Source of the DNA: Acidobacteriota bacterium
GTDB lineage: Bacteria > Acidobacteriota > UBA6911 > RPQK01 > JAJDTT01
NCBI GenBank assembly: GCA_965209055.1
Contig: OZ242374.1
Coordinates: 3,328,001 to 3,392,000 of the forward strand
Direction: 5' to 3'
DNA: 64,000 nt
This document shows positions 17,720-27,354 of this stretch, piece after piece. Position 1 is the stretch's first letter, and the number at the start of each line of letters is the position of its first letter. A model generated the notes under the pieces. That model had not been told where the DNA came from and searched no databases. It worked only from the letters and a program-made list of their open reading frames with translations. Position numbers and translations under genes: made by a program.

Positions 17720-19642
17720 ATGAATTCCAAAATTGAGAGATTCGTTTCCCACACGCTGCCTGCGGTTTTTCTGTTTGTATGCGCAGCCCTGGCCATCCCT
17801 CCGGTTCAAGCCGAAGAGAAGACTCTGCCGAGCGACCCCCGGGCGCTCTACATCCATCCGGTGGGAGGGCAGCGGGGAGCGGTCGCGGAGGTTCAGATCA
17901 AGGGACAGACGCTCCAGGGCGCCTATGCCGTCTGGACCAACAGCAGCGCGCTTCGCGGCCAAGTGAAGCGGATCGAAGAGATCGATGAGGTTGGAGATCA
18001 ACCCTATGCGATCGGGTCGGTCCCATTGAGCCACCGGGTCACCGTTGAGGTGGAGATCTCGCCCGACGCCGAAATCGGCGGCTATTCTCTCCGTCTGGTG
18101 TCCCCGAGGGGCGTCTCCGACCCTCTTCCGTTCCGAGTGAGTTCGGAACGGGAGCCTCTGATCCTGGAGGACGCGAGCCGGACCGGACCCGGCCGTCCGA
18201 CTCAGGGACAGTTGTTGGAATATCCGGTGGCTGTCAACGGACTGATCGGCCGGTCGCTGGGTGGGGAAGTCGACTACTACAGCTTCGACGTGGACGCGGG
18301 CCGTGAACTCTATTTCGAAGTCTTTTTTCCGGCCCGTGGCAAGGGGCCGATCCCCAAGATGCTGCTCTATCTGTATCGGCATGAGCCGAGCTGGGTGGAC
18401 CCGCACCGCCTCCGGACGCTGGCGTTCAATGATGACCCCGTCGTTCATGAATCCGGCCTGTTCGCCGCGCAGGGGACCGTCCGCAGGGCGAGCCTGAAGC
18501 ATCGGTTCGCCGATTCGGGGCGCTATCTGATCGCCGTCAAGGGCTTCGACGACCGGGGCGGACCCGATTTCGTCTACCAACTTCGAATCGCCGACGCGGA
18601 AGTCGAAGAGATCTCCGCTGACAGGAGTTCCTGGCCGCTGGCGCATTCCGATCCTCACGCGTGGTTCGAAAGAAGGTTCCAGGTGAACCTCTCCCCGGCC
18701 CGTCTCCAGGAACTGTCCAGGCGAACCGTTCTCCAGGCCGGGGGAGCAAGAGAAATGAAGGAAGGGATCGGATCGGCCGGTTCCTCGGGCGTCGCCGGAG
18801 GGGATGACGCCGCCGGACCGGCTCCGTCACCCGAATTGCTCGGAGCCGTTGCCACTCATCGGATCGAAGGAACTTCCGGAAATGTTCCGGAACCGTCCCA
18901 AGTCACTCTGCCGGCGATTGTGGAAGGGGTCATCGATCGTCCCGGCAAGGCCGACCGCGTCAGATTTACGGCAGAAGCGGGCCAGGCCGTGGCGGTGGAA
19001 GTCGAGACCCCCCGGGCCGGAGTTCCCGTCTTCGTTCCCTGGGTGCAGGTTCTGGACCAGGAGCAGGAGGTGGTCTTCAGCGCCATCTACAATCGAGTCA
19101 CGGGCAACAACGTCATGCTGTTCCGTGAACTCGAATCGAAGATGATCTACACCTTCGACCGGGGAGGCGAATACACTCTGCAGATTCGCGAGTTGACGAC
19201 CGCCCACGCAGGTTCCGATTTTGCCTACCGTGTGTTGATCCGGCCTCAAATCCCCCACGTCGGACAGTTGAAGCTGGAGCCGGATCGCCTCAACATCGTG
19301 CAGGGCCAGGCCAACCGGCTGACCGTCACCGTGGACCGCGAAGAGAAATTCGAGGGGGAGGTCGCCCTCGTCGTCGAAGACCTTCCGGAAGGCGTGCACG
19401 CCTATGCGACGGCGGTTCCGGAGGAGGAACGTCCTCCCGCCTTCGACGAATCGGAAAAACATATGTTCCGTCCCGAGACCCAGAAGGTTTCCATTACGCT
19501 GATGGCCGAAGACGGGGCCTCGACCACGAACCTTCCTCGCATGGTGCGAGTCAAGGCCCGGGCCATCGTGGGTGGAGAAATGGGACCGCTGATTCCGGTG
19601 GGCGTGGTTCCCTTGATGGTGGTGGCGCCTCCACAATCTTGA
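17720..19642 (+). CDS. Secreted pre-peptidase C-terminal (PPC)-repeat protein typical of DUF1553/DUF1501 loci
   Basis: Signal peptide, PVGGQRG, VAVNGLI...EVDYYSF, IVEGVIDRPGKADRVRF and GGPDFVYQLRI motifs. Confidence 0.75.
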   Translation: MNSKIERFVSHTLPAVFLFVCAALAIPPVQAEEKTLPSDPRALYIHPVGGQRGAVAEVQIKGQTLQGAYAVWTNSSALRGQVKRIEEIDEVGDQPYAIGSVPLSHRVTVEVEISPDAEIGGYSLRLVSPRGVSDPLPFRVSSEREPLILEDASRTGPGRPTQGQLLEYPVAVNGLIGRSLGGEVDYYSFDVDAGRELYFEVFFPARGKGPIPKMLLYLYRHEPSWVDPHRLRTLAFNDDPVVHESGLFAAQGTVRRASLKHRFADSGRYLIAVKGFDDRGGPDFVYQLRIADAEVEEISADRSSWPLAHSDPHAWFERRFQVNLSPARLQELSRRTVLQAGGAREMKEGIGSAGSSGVAGGDDAAGPAPSPELLGAVATHRIEGTSGNVPEPSQVTLPAIVEGVIDRPGKADRVRFTAEAGQAVAVEVETPRAGVPVFVPWVQVLDQEQEVVFSAIYNRVTGNNVMLFRELESKMIYTFDRGGEYTLQIRELTTAHAGSDFAYRVLIRPQIPHVGQLKLEPDRLNIVQGQANRLTVTVDREEKFEGEVALVVEDLPEGVHAYATAVPEEERPPAFDESEKHMFRPETQKVSITLMAEDGASTTNLPRMVRVKARAIVGGEMGPLIPVGVVPLMVVAPPQS

Positions 19643-19672
19643 ACTTTTGCAATCCTGACGGAGAAGGATCCC

Positions 19673-22192
19673 TTGATGAGATCGTTCCTCACCTCTATCG
19701 CTTCCCTCTGGCTCGGTCTTTCCGCGGCCTACGGAAACCACTCCATGCGGCCGGCTCCGAGTCACGATCCGGCGTTGCTGTCGGCTCGGATTTTTCCCGA
19801 ATCGGCCACGCTTCGGGAGACGGGGGCCTCGCAGCGGTTTCTGGTCATCGGGAGGTTCGCCGACGGTTTGGAGCGGGACCTGACCTCTTCAAGCCGATTC
19901 GGCCTCGGAGATACCGGCCTGGCAAACGTCGACGAGGCGGGCAAGGTCAGCGCCCTGGCGGATGGCGAGACGGAACTCGAAGCCGAGATCCAGGGCCACA
20001 CACTCAGGGCCGCGGTGCGAGTCGTGGATTCGGGAAGGGAAACCCCGCTGAGCTTCGAGCGCGCCGTCTCACCCGTTCTCACCAAGACCGGCTGCAACGG
20101 CAGCGGCTGTCATGGAGGGGTCAAGGGCAGGGGCGGCTTCAAGCTGTCGCTCAACTCGTTGAATCCACGCGAGGATTACGACTGGATCGTGAGGGGGGGC
20201 GTCTACCATGTGCTCTCGCCAGAGGCGGGTGAACCTCTGGTTCCGCGGATCGATCTGGCCGAGCCGGCCGAAAGTCTTCTTCTGAAGAAACCGACCTTTG
20301 CCATCCCCCACGGCGGCGGCCCCCGCTTCGATACGGATTCCCAGGAATACGAGACGATCGTGAACTGGGTCCGGAAAGGGGCTCCCTTCGAGCCGGAAGG
20401 AGGCGTCACCGTTCCGCGGATCGAGGAGGTGGCGGTCTACCCCGAGGAAATCGTCCTGGATGGCAAGGGAGTCCATCGTTTGGCGGTCACGGCCACATTG
20501 TCCGACGGCCGGACCCGGGACATCAGCGATGAGGTTCGCTACGAATCCCAGAACCGGGCCGTGGCCAAGGTGGATGCCGACGGCGTGGTCACCGCCGTCA
20601 AGACCGGTGAGACCAACATCCTGGTGCGAGCCGCCGGCCACACGGTTCACGCCCGAATCGGCGTCATCGCAGAACCCATCGCCGACTACCCCGAAGTCCC
20701 CGAGTGGAACTTCATCGACCGGCACGTCATCGCCAAGCTGAAGCGGTTTCACCTGATTCCGTCAGAGCTCTCGGACGACTCCGAATTCCTGAGGCGGGTC
20801 TGCCTGGACGTCATCGGCACCCTGCCGCCTCCGAACCGGGTCCGGGAGTTCCTGGAGGACCCGGGTCCGGACAAACGGAACCAGCTCATCGAGATTCTGC
20901 TGGACTCGCCGGAATTCGTGGATTTCTGGACTTTCCGTTTTTCCGATCTCCTGCGGCTGGTGCAGGAACCCAACTACAGCCAGCTCTACTATGAGTGGAT
21001 TCGAACCAGCGTCGCGTCCAACAAGCCGTACGATCAGATGGCCCGGGAGCGTCTGGACGCCCAGGGACGGGACCGGCCCTCGCGGCACTACTATGAGAAC
21101 AACTCGCAGCCGGAGCGGATCCTCTCCGAAGAACTGCGCGTCTACACGGGACGGCGCTTCGACTGCGCCCAGTGCCACGACCATCCCTTCGAGCCCTGGT
21201 CCCAGGATCAGTTCTGGGGGCTGGCCGCCTTCTTCGGGAATCTCGACTTCATCGGCTACTACGACATCGCCTTCGACAACCCGGCCGGCGGGTACGGAGA
21301 CAAGGGGAAGGCGGGGCCGTTGAAGCATCCCCGGAAAAAGACCGTGCTCCATCCGGAATTCCTGGACGGGACCCCGTTGGCGGAAGAGTTGCGGCCCAAC
21401 CAGCGCCGGGAGTTGGCCAAGTGGCTCACCTCTCATCCCTACTTTGCCGAAGCCTTCGTCAATCGGATCTGGGGCTACTTTTTCGGGAGAGGGATCGTGG
21501 ATCCGGTGGACGATTTCAAGGCCTCCAATCCGCCCACGCACCCGGAGTTGCTCAATGCGCTCGCCGCCGATTTCCGGGAGAACGGCCACGACCTCAAGCG
21601 CCTGATTCGGACGATCGTGCAGTCCAGGACCTATCAGCTCTCGAGCCGGCCCAACCGGAACAATCGCGGCGACCAGATCAACTACTCCCATTTCCTGCCC
21701 AGACCGCTGGAAGCGGAGGTTCTGCTGGACGCCATCTCCCACGTGGCCGGTGTGCCCGAGGTTTTTCACGAGAAACCAGAGTCGCCGGAGGGACAGCCTC
21801 CACCAGGAACGCGAGCCATCCAGTTGAAGGCTCCGGTGCGTTATTTCTCGCATTTTCTGGACCTTTACGGCCGCCCGATGCGTTACGCGGTGCCCGAGCG
21901 CGACGCTGGTCCCAGCGTTTCCCAGGCCCTGCACCTCTACGCCGGGAAGACCTACACCGAGAAACTGACCCGGGAGGGCGGGCGGATCAGCCGATTGGTC
22001 CAGGAGGAGATGCCGCAGGGGGACATCATCGAGCACCTCTATCTGGCGTCATTGTCCCGTCTGCCCACGGACGAGGAAAAAGGCCAGTTGGAAGCGGTGA
22101 TGGCGAATATCAAGTTGCCGGGTCGGAAACAGGCGTTCGCCGATCTGACCTGGGCATTGCTCACTTCCAGGGAGTTTTCGTATAACCATTAA
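19673..22192 (+). CDS. DUF1549/DUF1553 protein with Ig-like (Big_2) domains and heme-binding motifs
   Basis: GCNGSGCHG...GGFKLSL, NFIDRHV...EFLRRVCLD, CAQCHDHP and VNRIWGYFFGRGIV...PPTHPELL motifs. Confidence 0.9.
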   Translation: MMRSFLTSIASLWLGLSAAYGNHSMRPAPSHDPALLSARIFPESATLRETGASQRFLVIGRFADGLERDLTSSSRFGLGDTGLANVDEAGKVSALADGETELEAEIQGHTLRAAVRVVDSGRETPLSFERAVSPVLTKTGCNGSGCHGGVKGRGGFKLSLNSLNPREDYDWIVRGGVYHVLSPEAGEPLVPRIDLAEPAESLLLKKPTFAIPHGGGPRFDTDSQEYETIVNWVRKGAPFEPEGGVTVPRIEEVAVYPEEIVLDGKGVHRLAVTATLSDGRTRDISDEVRYESQNRAVAKVDADGVVTAVKTGETNILVRAAGHTVHARIGVIAEPIADYPEVPEWNFIDRHVIAKLKRFHLIPSELSDDSEFLRRVCLDVIGTLPPPNRVREFLEDPGPDKRNQLIEILLDSPEFVDFWTFRFSDLLRLVQEPNYSQLYYEWIRTSVASNKPYDQMARERLDAQGRDRPSRHYYENNSQPERILSEELRVYTGRRFDCAQCHDHPFEPWSQDQFWGLAAFFGNLDFIGYYDIAFDNPAGGYGDKGKAGPLKHPRKKTVLHPEFLDGTPLAEELRPNQRRELAKWLTSHPYFAEAFVNRIWGYFFGRGIVDPVDDFKASNPPTHPELLNALAADFRENGHDLKRLIRTIVQSRTYQLSSRPNRNNRGDQINYSHFLPRPLEAEVLLDAISHVAGVPEVFHEKPESPEGQPPPGTRAIQLKAPVRYFSHFLDLYGRPMRYAVPERDAGPSVSQALHLYAGKTYTEKLTREGGRISRLVQEEMPQGDIIEHLYLASLSRLPTDEEKGQLEAVMANIKLPGRKQAFADLTWALLTSREFSYNH

Positions 22193-22243
22193 CCGAACCT
22201 CGTGCCCGCCCCGGGCTCAGGATCGCGGAGGTTTTGGAGTCGC

Positions 22244-23593
22244 ATGAAGAAAATCGGTTGCCTGAGCTGTACCGAAGCGGAGCTGGGTCGGAGGGATTTC
22301 CTACGGGTGGGCTCGGTGGGCGCACTCGGACTCAGCTTGAGCCAGATTCTGGAGTGGGAGAGCCTGATGGCCGGCCCGGCCGCTCCGGCGGCTCGAGCCA
22401 AAAAGGGGGAAGCCTGCATCCTCCTCTGGCTGGGGGGTGGTCCCAGTCAGATGGATACCTGGGATCCTAAAACCAACAGCGCCTTCAAACCCATCGCCAC
22501 CAACGTCGACGGCATCCAGGTCTCGGAGATCCTGCCCTTGACGGCCCGGCACATGGACAAGCTCTCCGTGATTCGGTCCATGCATACCGAGGAGAACAAT
22601 CATCCTCAGGGGCACCACTATGTTTTGACGGGGCATCGCCCCAACGCCGCCGACAAGTTCCCCAGCTTTCCTTCCATCATCACCAAGGAACTGGGCCCCC
22701 GGGGAGAAGTACCGCCGCATGTCCTCTGCCCCGGTTGGGACTCGGCCGACGCCAAACGCTACAACGATCTGTTCCGTTCCGCTTTCCTGGGCGCCAACTA
22801 CGATCCCATGATCCTGGCGGACCGGGGTGAGAAGGGGATCGACGTCACAGATCTGGTCCTGCCCCAGTCCTTTCCCGTGGAGAGCCTGGAGAACCGCAGT
22901 TCCTTTCTCAAGATTGTGGACAGCTACTACCGCCAGAAGGTGGAGTTGGCCGAGTTCTCCAACATGGACGGCTTCCGGGAGAAGGCCCTTCAGATGATCC
23001 TGTCCCCGGCGGTCCGGGACGCCTTCGATCTTTCTCAAGAGCCGGAGAAGATGAAGGAGGCTTACGGCAAGCACAAGTTCGGGCAGAGCGTCCTGCTGGC
23101 CCGGCGCCTGGTGGAAGCCGGCAGCCGCTTCGTCACCGCCTCCGGTTACAGCCACAACGTTTGGGACACGCATGGCGACAACGACGCCAAGCACCGGGAT
23201 GAGTTGGTTCCTCCCTTGGACCGGGCGCTATCGACCCTGCTGGAGGACCTGCACCAGAGGGGTCTCCTGGAAACCACCGTAGTCCTGGTGATGGGCGAGT
23301 TCGGCCGCACCCCCCACATGAACCCGAACAATGGCCGCGACCACTGGCCCGAGTGCTGGTCTGTGGCCCTGGGAGGCGGGGGGATCCGAGGGGGACAGAT
23401 TGTTGGCGCCAGCGACGAACGGGGCGGTTACGTGGCCGAGCGCATGGTCACCATGGGTGACCTGCACGCCACGATTTACAAGGCCCTGGGAATCGACTGG
23501 AACAAGGAACTGATGAGCCCCACCGGTCGTCCCATCAAGATCGCCAACTCCATCGACGACATGACCGGAGTGCCTCTCAAGGAGTTGGTCTGA
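22244..23593 (+). CDS. DUF1501 family protein with Tat signal
   Basis: RRDFLRVG, WLGGGPSQMDTWDPK, WDTH, GEFGRTP and GRDHW motifs. Confidence 0.92.
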   Translation: MKKIGCLSCTEAELGRRDFLRVGSVGALGLSLSQILEWESLMAGPAAPAARAKKGEACILLWLGGGPSQMDTWDPKTNSAFKPIATNVDGIQVSEILPLTARHMDKLSVIRSMHTEENNHPQGHHYVLTGHRPNAADKFPSFPSIITKELGPRGEVPPHVLCPGWDSADAKRYNDLFRSAFLGANYDPMILADRGEKGIDVTDLVLPQSFPVESLENRSSFLKIVDSYYRQKVELAEFSNMDGFREKALQMILSPAVRDAFDLSQEPEKMKEAYGKHKFGQSVLLARRLVEAGSRFVTASGYSHNVWDTHGDNDAKHRDELVPPLDRALSTLLEDLHQRGLLETTVVLVMGEFGRTPHMNPNNGRDHWPECWSVALGGGGIRGGQIVGASDERGGYVAERMVTMGDLHATIYKALGIDWNKELMSPTGRPIKIANSIDDMTGVPLKELV

Positions 23594-24633
23594 GACGGTC
23601 CGGTTTCCCGTCCGTTCGGGTTTCCACAACTCGATCCGGAGACCGGTTCCCGCGCCGAGACCTTCTGCTGGGTGGGTCCGCCTCGGCAGCTGCACTGCTT
23701 TCCTCCTGCACCGGGGCTGACCCTGACGGCCGGCGGGAGCAGATTCGAATCTCCCTCGTCGGAGCGGTGCTGAACAACCCCTTCTGGGATCTGGTCGCCC
23801 GGGGTTTCCGGGCCGCCGGCCAGGATTTGGCTGGGGTGGCCGTGACCTACGCCGCCCCTGAAGAGTTCAGCCTGGCCAATATCAACGCGCTGATCCAGAG
23901 TGTAATCGCCGGATCTCCGGACGGGATCGCCGTCGACTATCGGGGACGGGAGTTTGAAGAGGTCACCCGGCAGGCCCTGGACCGGGGGATCGCCGTCCAG
24001 TTCTTCAACAACTTCGAAGGGCTCGATTCGAACGATCCCCGGATCGTACGGCTGTCGGAGACGGCCGTCGGCCTGGACAAGATGGAAGCCGCCCGCCGGA
24101 GCGGGGAAGCGTTCCTCGAGCATCTGACACCCGGCGATCCGTTGGTACTGTTCAACGGGCTCCCGGACTCTCCGGAGCACCTCATCATCCAGAACGCCTA
24201 TCTCAAGGTGTTTGCCGAAGCCGGATGGACCCGGGAGCGGATCGAACTGTTCCCGGTGGGATTGGACCCGGCCCAGAACTTTCAGCTCATGAAGGTCTAC
24301 CTGACGGCGCACCCCGAGACCCGCGGAATCGTCTGCTGGGATTCACTGACGGGATCGGCGGCGGCACGAGCGAAGATGGACGTGGGACTGGACATCCCAG
24401 TCGTGAGCTGGAATCTGGATGCGATCACCATTCGGAGCGTGAAAGAGGGGGCTCTGACCCTCACCCTGAGCCAGCAGCCGTATCTTCAAGCCTACTACGC
24501 CGTTGTCGCCCTCTACCTCAAGCTGAGGCACGGCATCCTCGAAACGCCGTTCGTCGACCCGGGCCGGTTTCTCGTGGACCGGTCCAACATCGACCAGGTG
24601 GAGGAATTGTTCAAGCGGGGTGTCCTCGGGTAG
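23590..24633 (+). CDS. Sugar ABC transporter substrate-binding lipoprotein (probable CTG start)
   Basis: NNPFW and QQPYLQAY (RbsB-like). The frame stays open upstream of 23767 through a Tat/lipobox leader RRDLLLGGSASAAALLSSC. Confidence 0.8.
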   Translation: MRRSGFPSVRVSTTRSGDRFPRRDLLLGGSASAAALLSSCTGADPDGRREQIRISLVGAVLNNPFWDLVARGFRAAGQDLAGVAVTYAAPEEFSLANINALIQSVIAGSPDGIAVDYRGREFEEVTRQALDRGIAVQFFNNFEGLDSNDPRIVRLSETAVGLDKMEAARRSGEAFLEHLTPGDPLVLFNGLPDSPEHLIIQNAYLKVFAEAGWTRERIELFPVGLDPAQNFQLMKVYLTAHPETRGIVCWDSLTGSAAARAKMDVGLDIPVVSWNLDAITIRSVKEGALTLTLSQQPYLQAYYAVVALYLKLRHGILETPFVDPGRFLVDRSNIDQVEELFKRGVLG

Positions 24634-24722
24634 TTGGAACAAGAAAAAGAGTTTATCCATCCTGAGTTATAGATAGTTCAACCAGAATTCATATCTGAGA
24701 ATCCAGATCAGGGGATCGAGGT

Positions 24723-25718
24723 TTGAAGCGAGCGAACAGGCTCTTGGTCCGGACACTCCGGCGTCCCGAGTCGGGTCCCCTGGTGGGTTTGCTGGCACTG
24801 GGACTTCTGTTCCAGATCCTTTCGGGCGGAAACTTTCTGACCTTTCCCCAACTGAGCGCTCTGGCCGCTCTCTCGGCTTCGTTGGGCATGGTGGCCCTGG
24901 GCGTGACCCTGCTCATGATCAGCGGGGAGTTCGACCTCTCGGTCTCCCAGACTTTCGCCCTGGCGCCCATCCTCATGGGCCGATTGATGACCGATCTGGA
25001 TTGGCCGGCGGCGCCGGCCCTGGGATTGGCCCTGACCGGTGTGCTGTTGGTGGGTCTGATCAACGGACTGTTGACCACGCTGGCCCGAATCCCGTCGTTG
25101 ATCGTGACCCTGGGAATGTTGTTCGCCGTCACCAGCCTGAATCGCGTCCTGGCGGGCGGCTATCCGGTCCAACTCTATGGCCGGGAGGGTTCGGTGATCC
25201 GCCTCATGGGTGAGGACGTGCCGGCCACGCCCGTGGGGGCCCCGTTCCTCTGGATGCTGGTCGCGGGAGCCATCCTCTGGTTCGTCCTGGAGCGGACCGG
25301 TTACGGAAACTGGACCCGGGCGGCCGGGCACGCGGGCGGAAACGTGGCCCGGGCCATGGGGGTGCCCGTCTCCAGAGTCAAGGTGACGAACTTTGCGTTG
25401 TGCGCGGGGTTGGCCGGATTGGCCGGCTGTCTTCAACTGGCGGATTTCGGGTCGTCCGGCGTGAGTTCGGGCGAGAACTACAATCTGTTGGCCATCGTCG
25501 CCGTGGTCATGGGAGGCACCTCTCTTTTCGGGGTTCGCGGAACCATCCTGGGAACGCTGCTGGGGACCTTGATCCTGGGCGCCCTCAAGACCGGCCTCAT
25601 TCTGGTCGGGACCCGAGGGGAATACTACACGGGGCTGATCGGCGTCCTCCTGCTGGTCGTGGCGGTGATCAACGCCCGGGCCGAGAAGGCCCGCCGTGGG
25701 GATGAGAGGAGCTCGTGA
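24723..25718 (+). CDS. Sugar ABC transporter permease (RbsC family)
   Basis: ISGEFDLSV, IPSLIVTLG and AIVAVVMGGTSLFG motifs. Confidence 0.93.
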   Translation: MKRANRLLVRTLRRPESGPLVGLLALGLLFQILSGGNFLTFPQLSALAALSASLGMVALGVTLLMISGEFDLSVSQTFALAPILMGRLMTDLDWPAAPALGLALTGVLLVGLINGLLTTLARIPSLIVTLGMLFAVTSLNRVLAGGYPVQLYGREGSVIRLMGEDVPATPVGAPFLWMLVAGAILWFVLERTGYGNWTRAAGHAGGNVARAMGVPVSRVKVTNFALCAGLAGLAGCLQLADFGSSGVSSGENYNLLAIVAVVMGGTSLFGVRGTILGTLLGTLILGALKTGLILVGTRGEYYTGLIGVLLLVVAVINARAEKARRGDERSS

Positions 25719-26467
25719 ACCTGCCGATGGGTCAGCCGCCGCCGGTCGTGGAGTTATTGGAGATCTCCAAGACCTACGGCGAAGTGGAGGTGCTGGGAAA
25801 CGTCACCCTCTCTCTGGGCGCCGGCGAAGTGGTCGCATTGATCGGAGACAACGGGGCGGGGAAATCCACGCTGGTCAAGATCGTCAGCGGCTATCTGAAG
25901 CCGACCTCGGGGCGAATGAAGGTCGGAGGCCAGGAGGTCCGTCTCGAGTCTCCCCGGGAGGCCCGCCGGCGCGGAATCGAGACCGTCTATCAGGATCTGG
26001 CCATCATCGGCCAGTTGAGCCTGTGGCGGAACTTCTTCCTGGGTCAGGAATTGAGGAGAAAGTCACGCGGCGTGAGGGTCCTGAACCGGAGCGCCATGAG
26101 AAAAATCTGCCTCGAACGGCTTCAGGATTTCGGTTTGGAGAGTGTCCATTCTCCCGACCAGTCGGCGGCCTCGTTGTCGGGAGGCGAGCGCCAGACCCTG
26201 GCCATCGCCCGGGCAGTCCATTTCGAATCGCGCCTGCTGATCCTGGACGAGCCCGTAGCCTCCCTCTCGGTACGGGAGGTGCGCCGGGTTCACGAAACCA
26301 TCGACCAGGCCAGGAAGCGGGGCCTGGGCATCCTCTACATCGACCACAACATGAACCACGTGGTCCCCGTCGCCGACCGGATCGCCGTCCTGGAGCGCGG
26401 CCGACTCAAGACGGTCGTGCAAAGTGGAGAGGTGAGCGCCGCCGACCTGAACGACCTGTTGGTGTAA
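25715..26467 (+). CDS. Sugar ABC transporter ATP-binding protein
   Basis: GDNGAGKS, LSGGERQ and LILDEP motifs. Confidence 0.95.
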   Translation: MNLPMGQPPPVVELLEISKTYGEVEVLGNVTLSLGAGEVVALIGDNGAGKSTLVKIVSGYLKPTSGRMKVGGQEVRLESPREARRRGIETVYQDLAIIGQLSLWRNFFLGQELRRKSRGVRVLNRSAMRKICLERLQDFGLESVHSPDQSAASLSGGERQTLAIARAVHFESRLLILDEPVASLSVREVRRVHETIDQARKRGLGILYIDHNMNHVVPVADRIAVLERGRLKTVVQSGEVSAADLNDLLV

Positions 26468-26471
26468 GGGG

Positions 26472-26517
26472 CGGCGGTCTCCGACCGCCGAACAGGAACG
26501 GCGGTCTCCAGCCGCCG
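26472..26517. repeat. Two tandem REP-like palindromes between convergent transcription units
   Basis: CGGCGGTC-TCC-GACCGCCG (26472-26490) and CGGCGGTCTCCAGCCGCCG (26499-26517). Confidence 0.65.
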
Positions 26518-26564
26518 GACTCCGAACCAACACCACCCCGGCCACCCAACGGGTCCACCGAAGA

Positions 26565-26672
26565 TCAATACGGCAGCAACCCGCCCTCGACGTTCATGGC
26601 GCTGGACGTTATTTACGCAGCGTCGTCGGAGCAGAGGAACGCCACCACGTTGGCCATGTCCTCCGGTTGCTG
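26565..26672 (-). pseudogene. Orphaned duplicate of the last 36 codons of the SDR gene at 28613-29413
   Basis: 108-bp direct repeat of 28613-28720, 7 mismatches by hand count, one creating a TAA. Confidence 0.92.
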
Positions 26673-26745
26673 GGTGAGAATTGCAAATGGCTCACTTGCC
26701 ATAGTGAGCTCTGGTCGCTCCCGGTTCAGTTCGGTGATCTGCTGG

Positions 26746-27354
26746 TCATGAAAACCAGGTTCTCAGCACGTCCCTGAATTCACGGAATGCGTCATCCTCA
26801 CAATCTCGCAGAGAAACACGTTCGGCGAGCTGTCGATACAAGGACGCACTCCGCGGTTGTCGCGCTTGCCGCAGCGCCGCTTGAAACGCTTCCTTGGGCC
26901 GGGCCGGTTTGACCTCGCCTTTTCGCAACCATCCTTCATGCACCAGCCAGCGATGAAGTCCCGGTTGCCGGGTTCCCCAACCTGTAATTGCAGCGACATG
27001 CGGCGATGGGCTCCACACCCAAGCTTCCAACTCGGGCGCGATCACGATCGCACGAGCGTTGCCATCACCCCAGATATAGTCGAGAGCCCGGTTGAGGCCG
27101 TCTTGTAGTTGTTCCCGCGTTTGTTGTTCCCGGCCACTGCCTTCATGGTCGAAAATGAGGAGTCCGTGGCGGTACTGTTTTGCGAAGGTTCTGAGGAACT
27201 CGACGCCTCGCAGCGCACACGCGGGATCGTGCTCCGGCTCCACAAAAACGTCTTTTTCGATGGCTCGAATCCCCAAGGCTTCGGGTCTCGCCAGCAATCC
27301 CTCCAATGCAAATTTCAGGTCCTTGTCGGCGGCGAGGATGACCAGATCCTTCAA
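26746..27354 (-). CDS. ATPase-partner protein, DUF4276/MAD4-like (putative defence)
   Basis: TTG start overlaps the ATPase stop (TTGA). KDLVILAADKD, FDHEGSG and PELEAWVW motifs. The family call is from recalled resemblance. Confidence 0.6.
   Translation of the reverse strand: MKDLVILAADKDLKFALEGLLARPEALGIRAIEKDVFVEPEHDPACALRGVEFLRTFAKQYRHGLLIFDHEGSGREQQTREQLQDGLNRALDYIWGDGNARAIVIAPELEAWVWSPSPHVAAITGWGTRQPGLHRWLVHEGWLRKGEVKPARPKEAFQAALRQARQPRSASLYRQLAERVSLRDCEDDAFREFRDVLRTWFS

Noticed and set aside
24634-24722. AT-rich 90-bp spacer inside the ABC operon
   Set aside because: No clear inverted repeat, target duplication or RNA motif, so it cannot be assigned.
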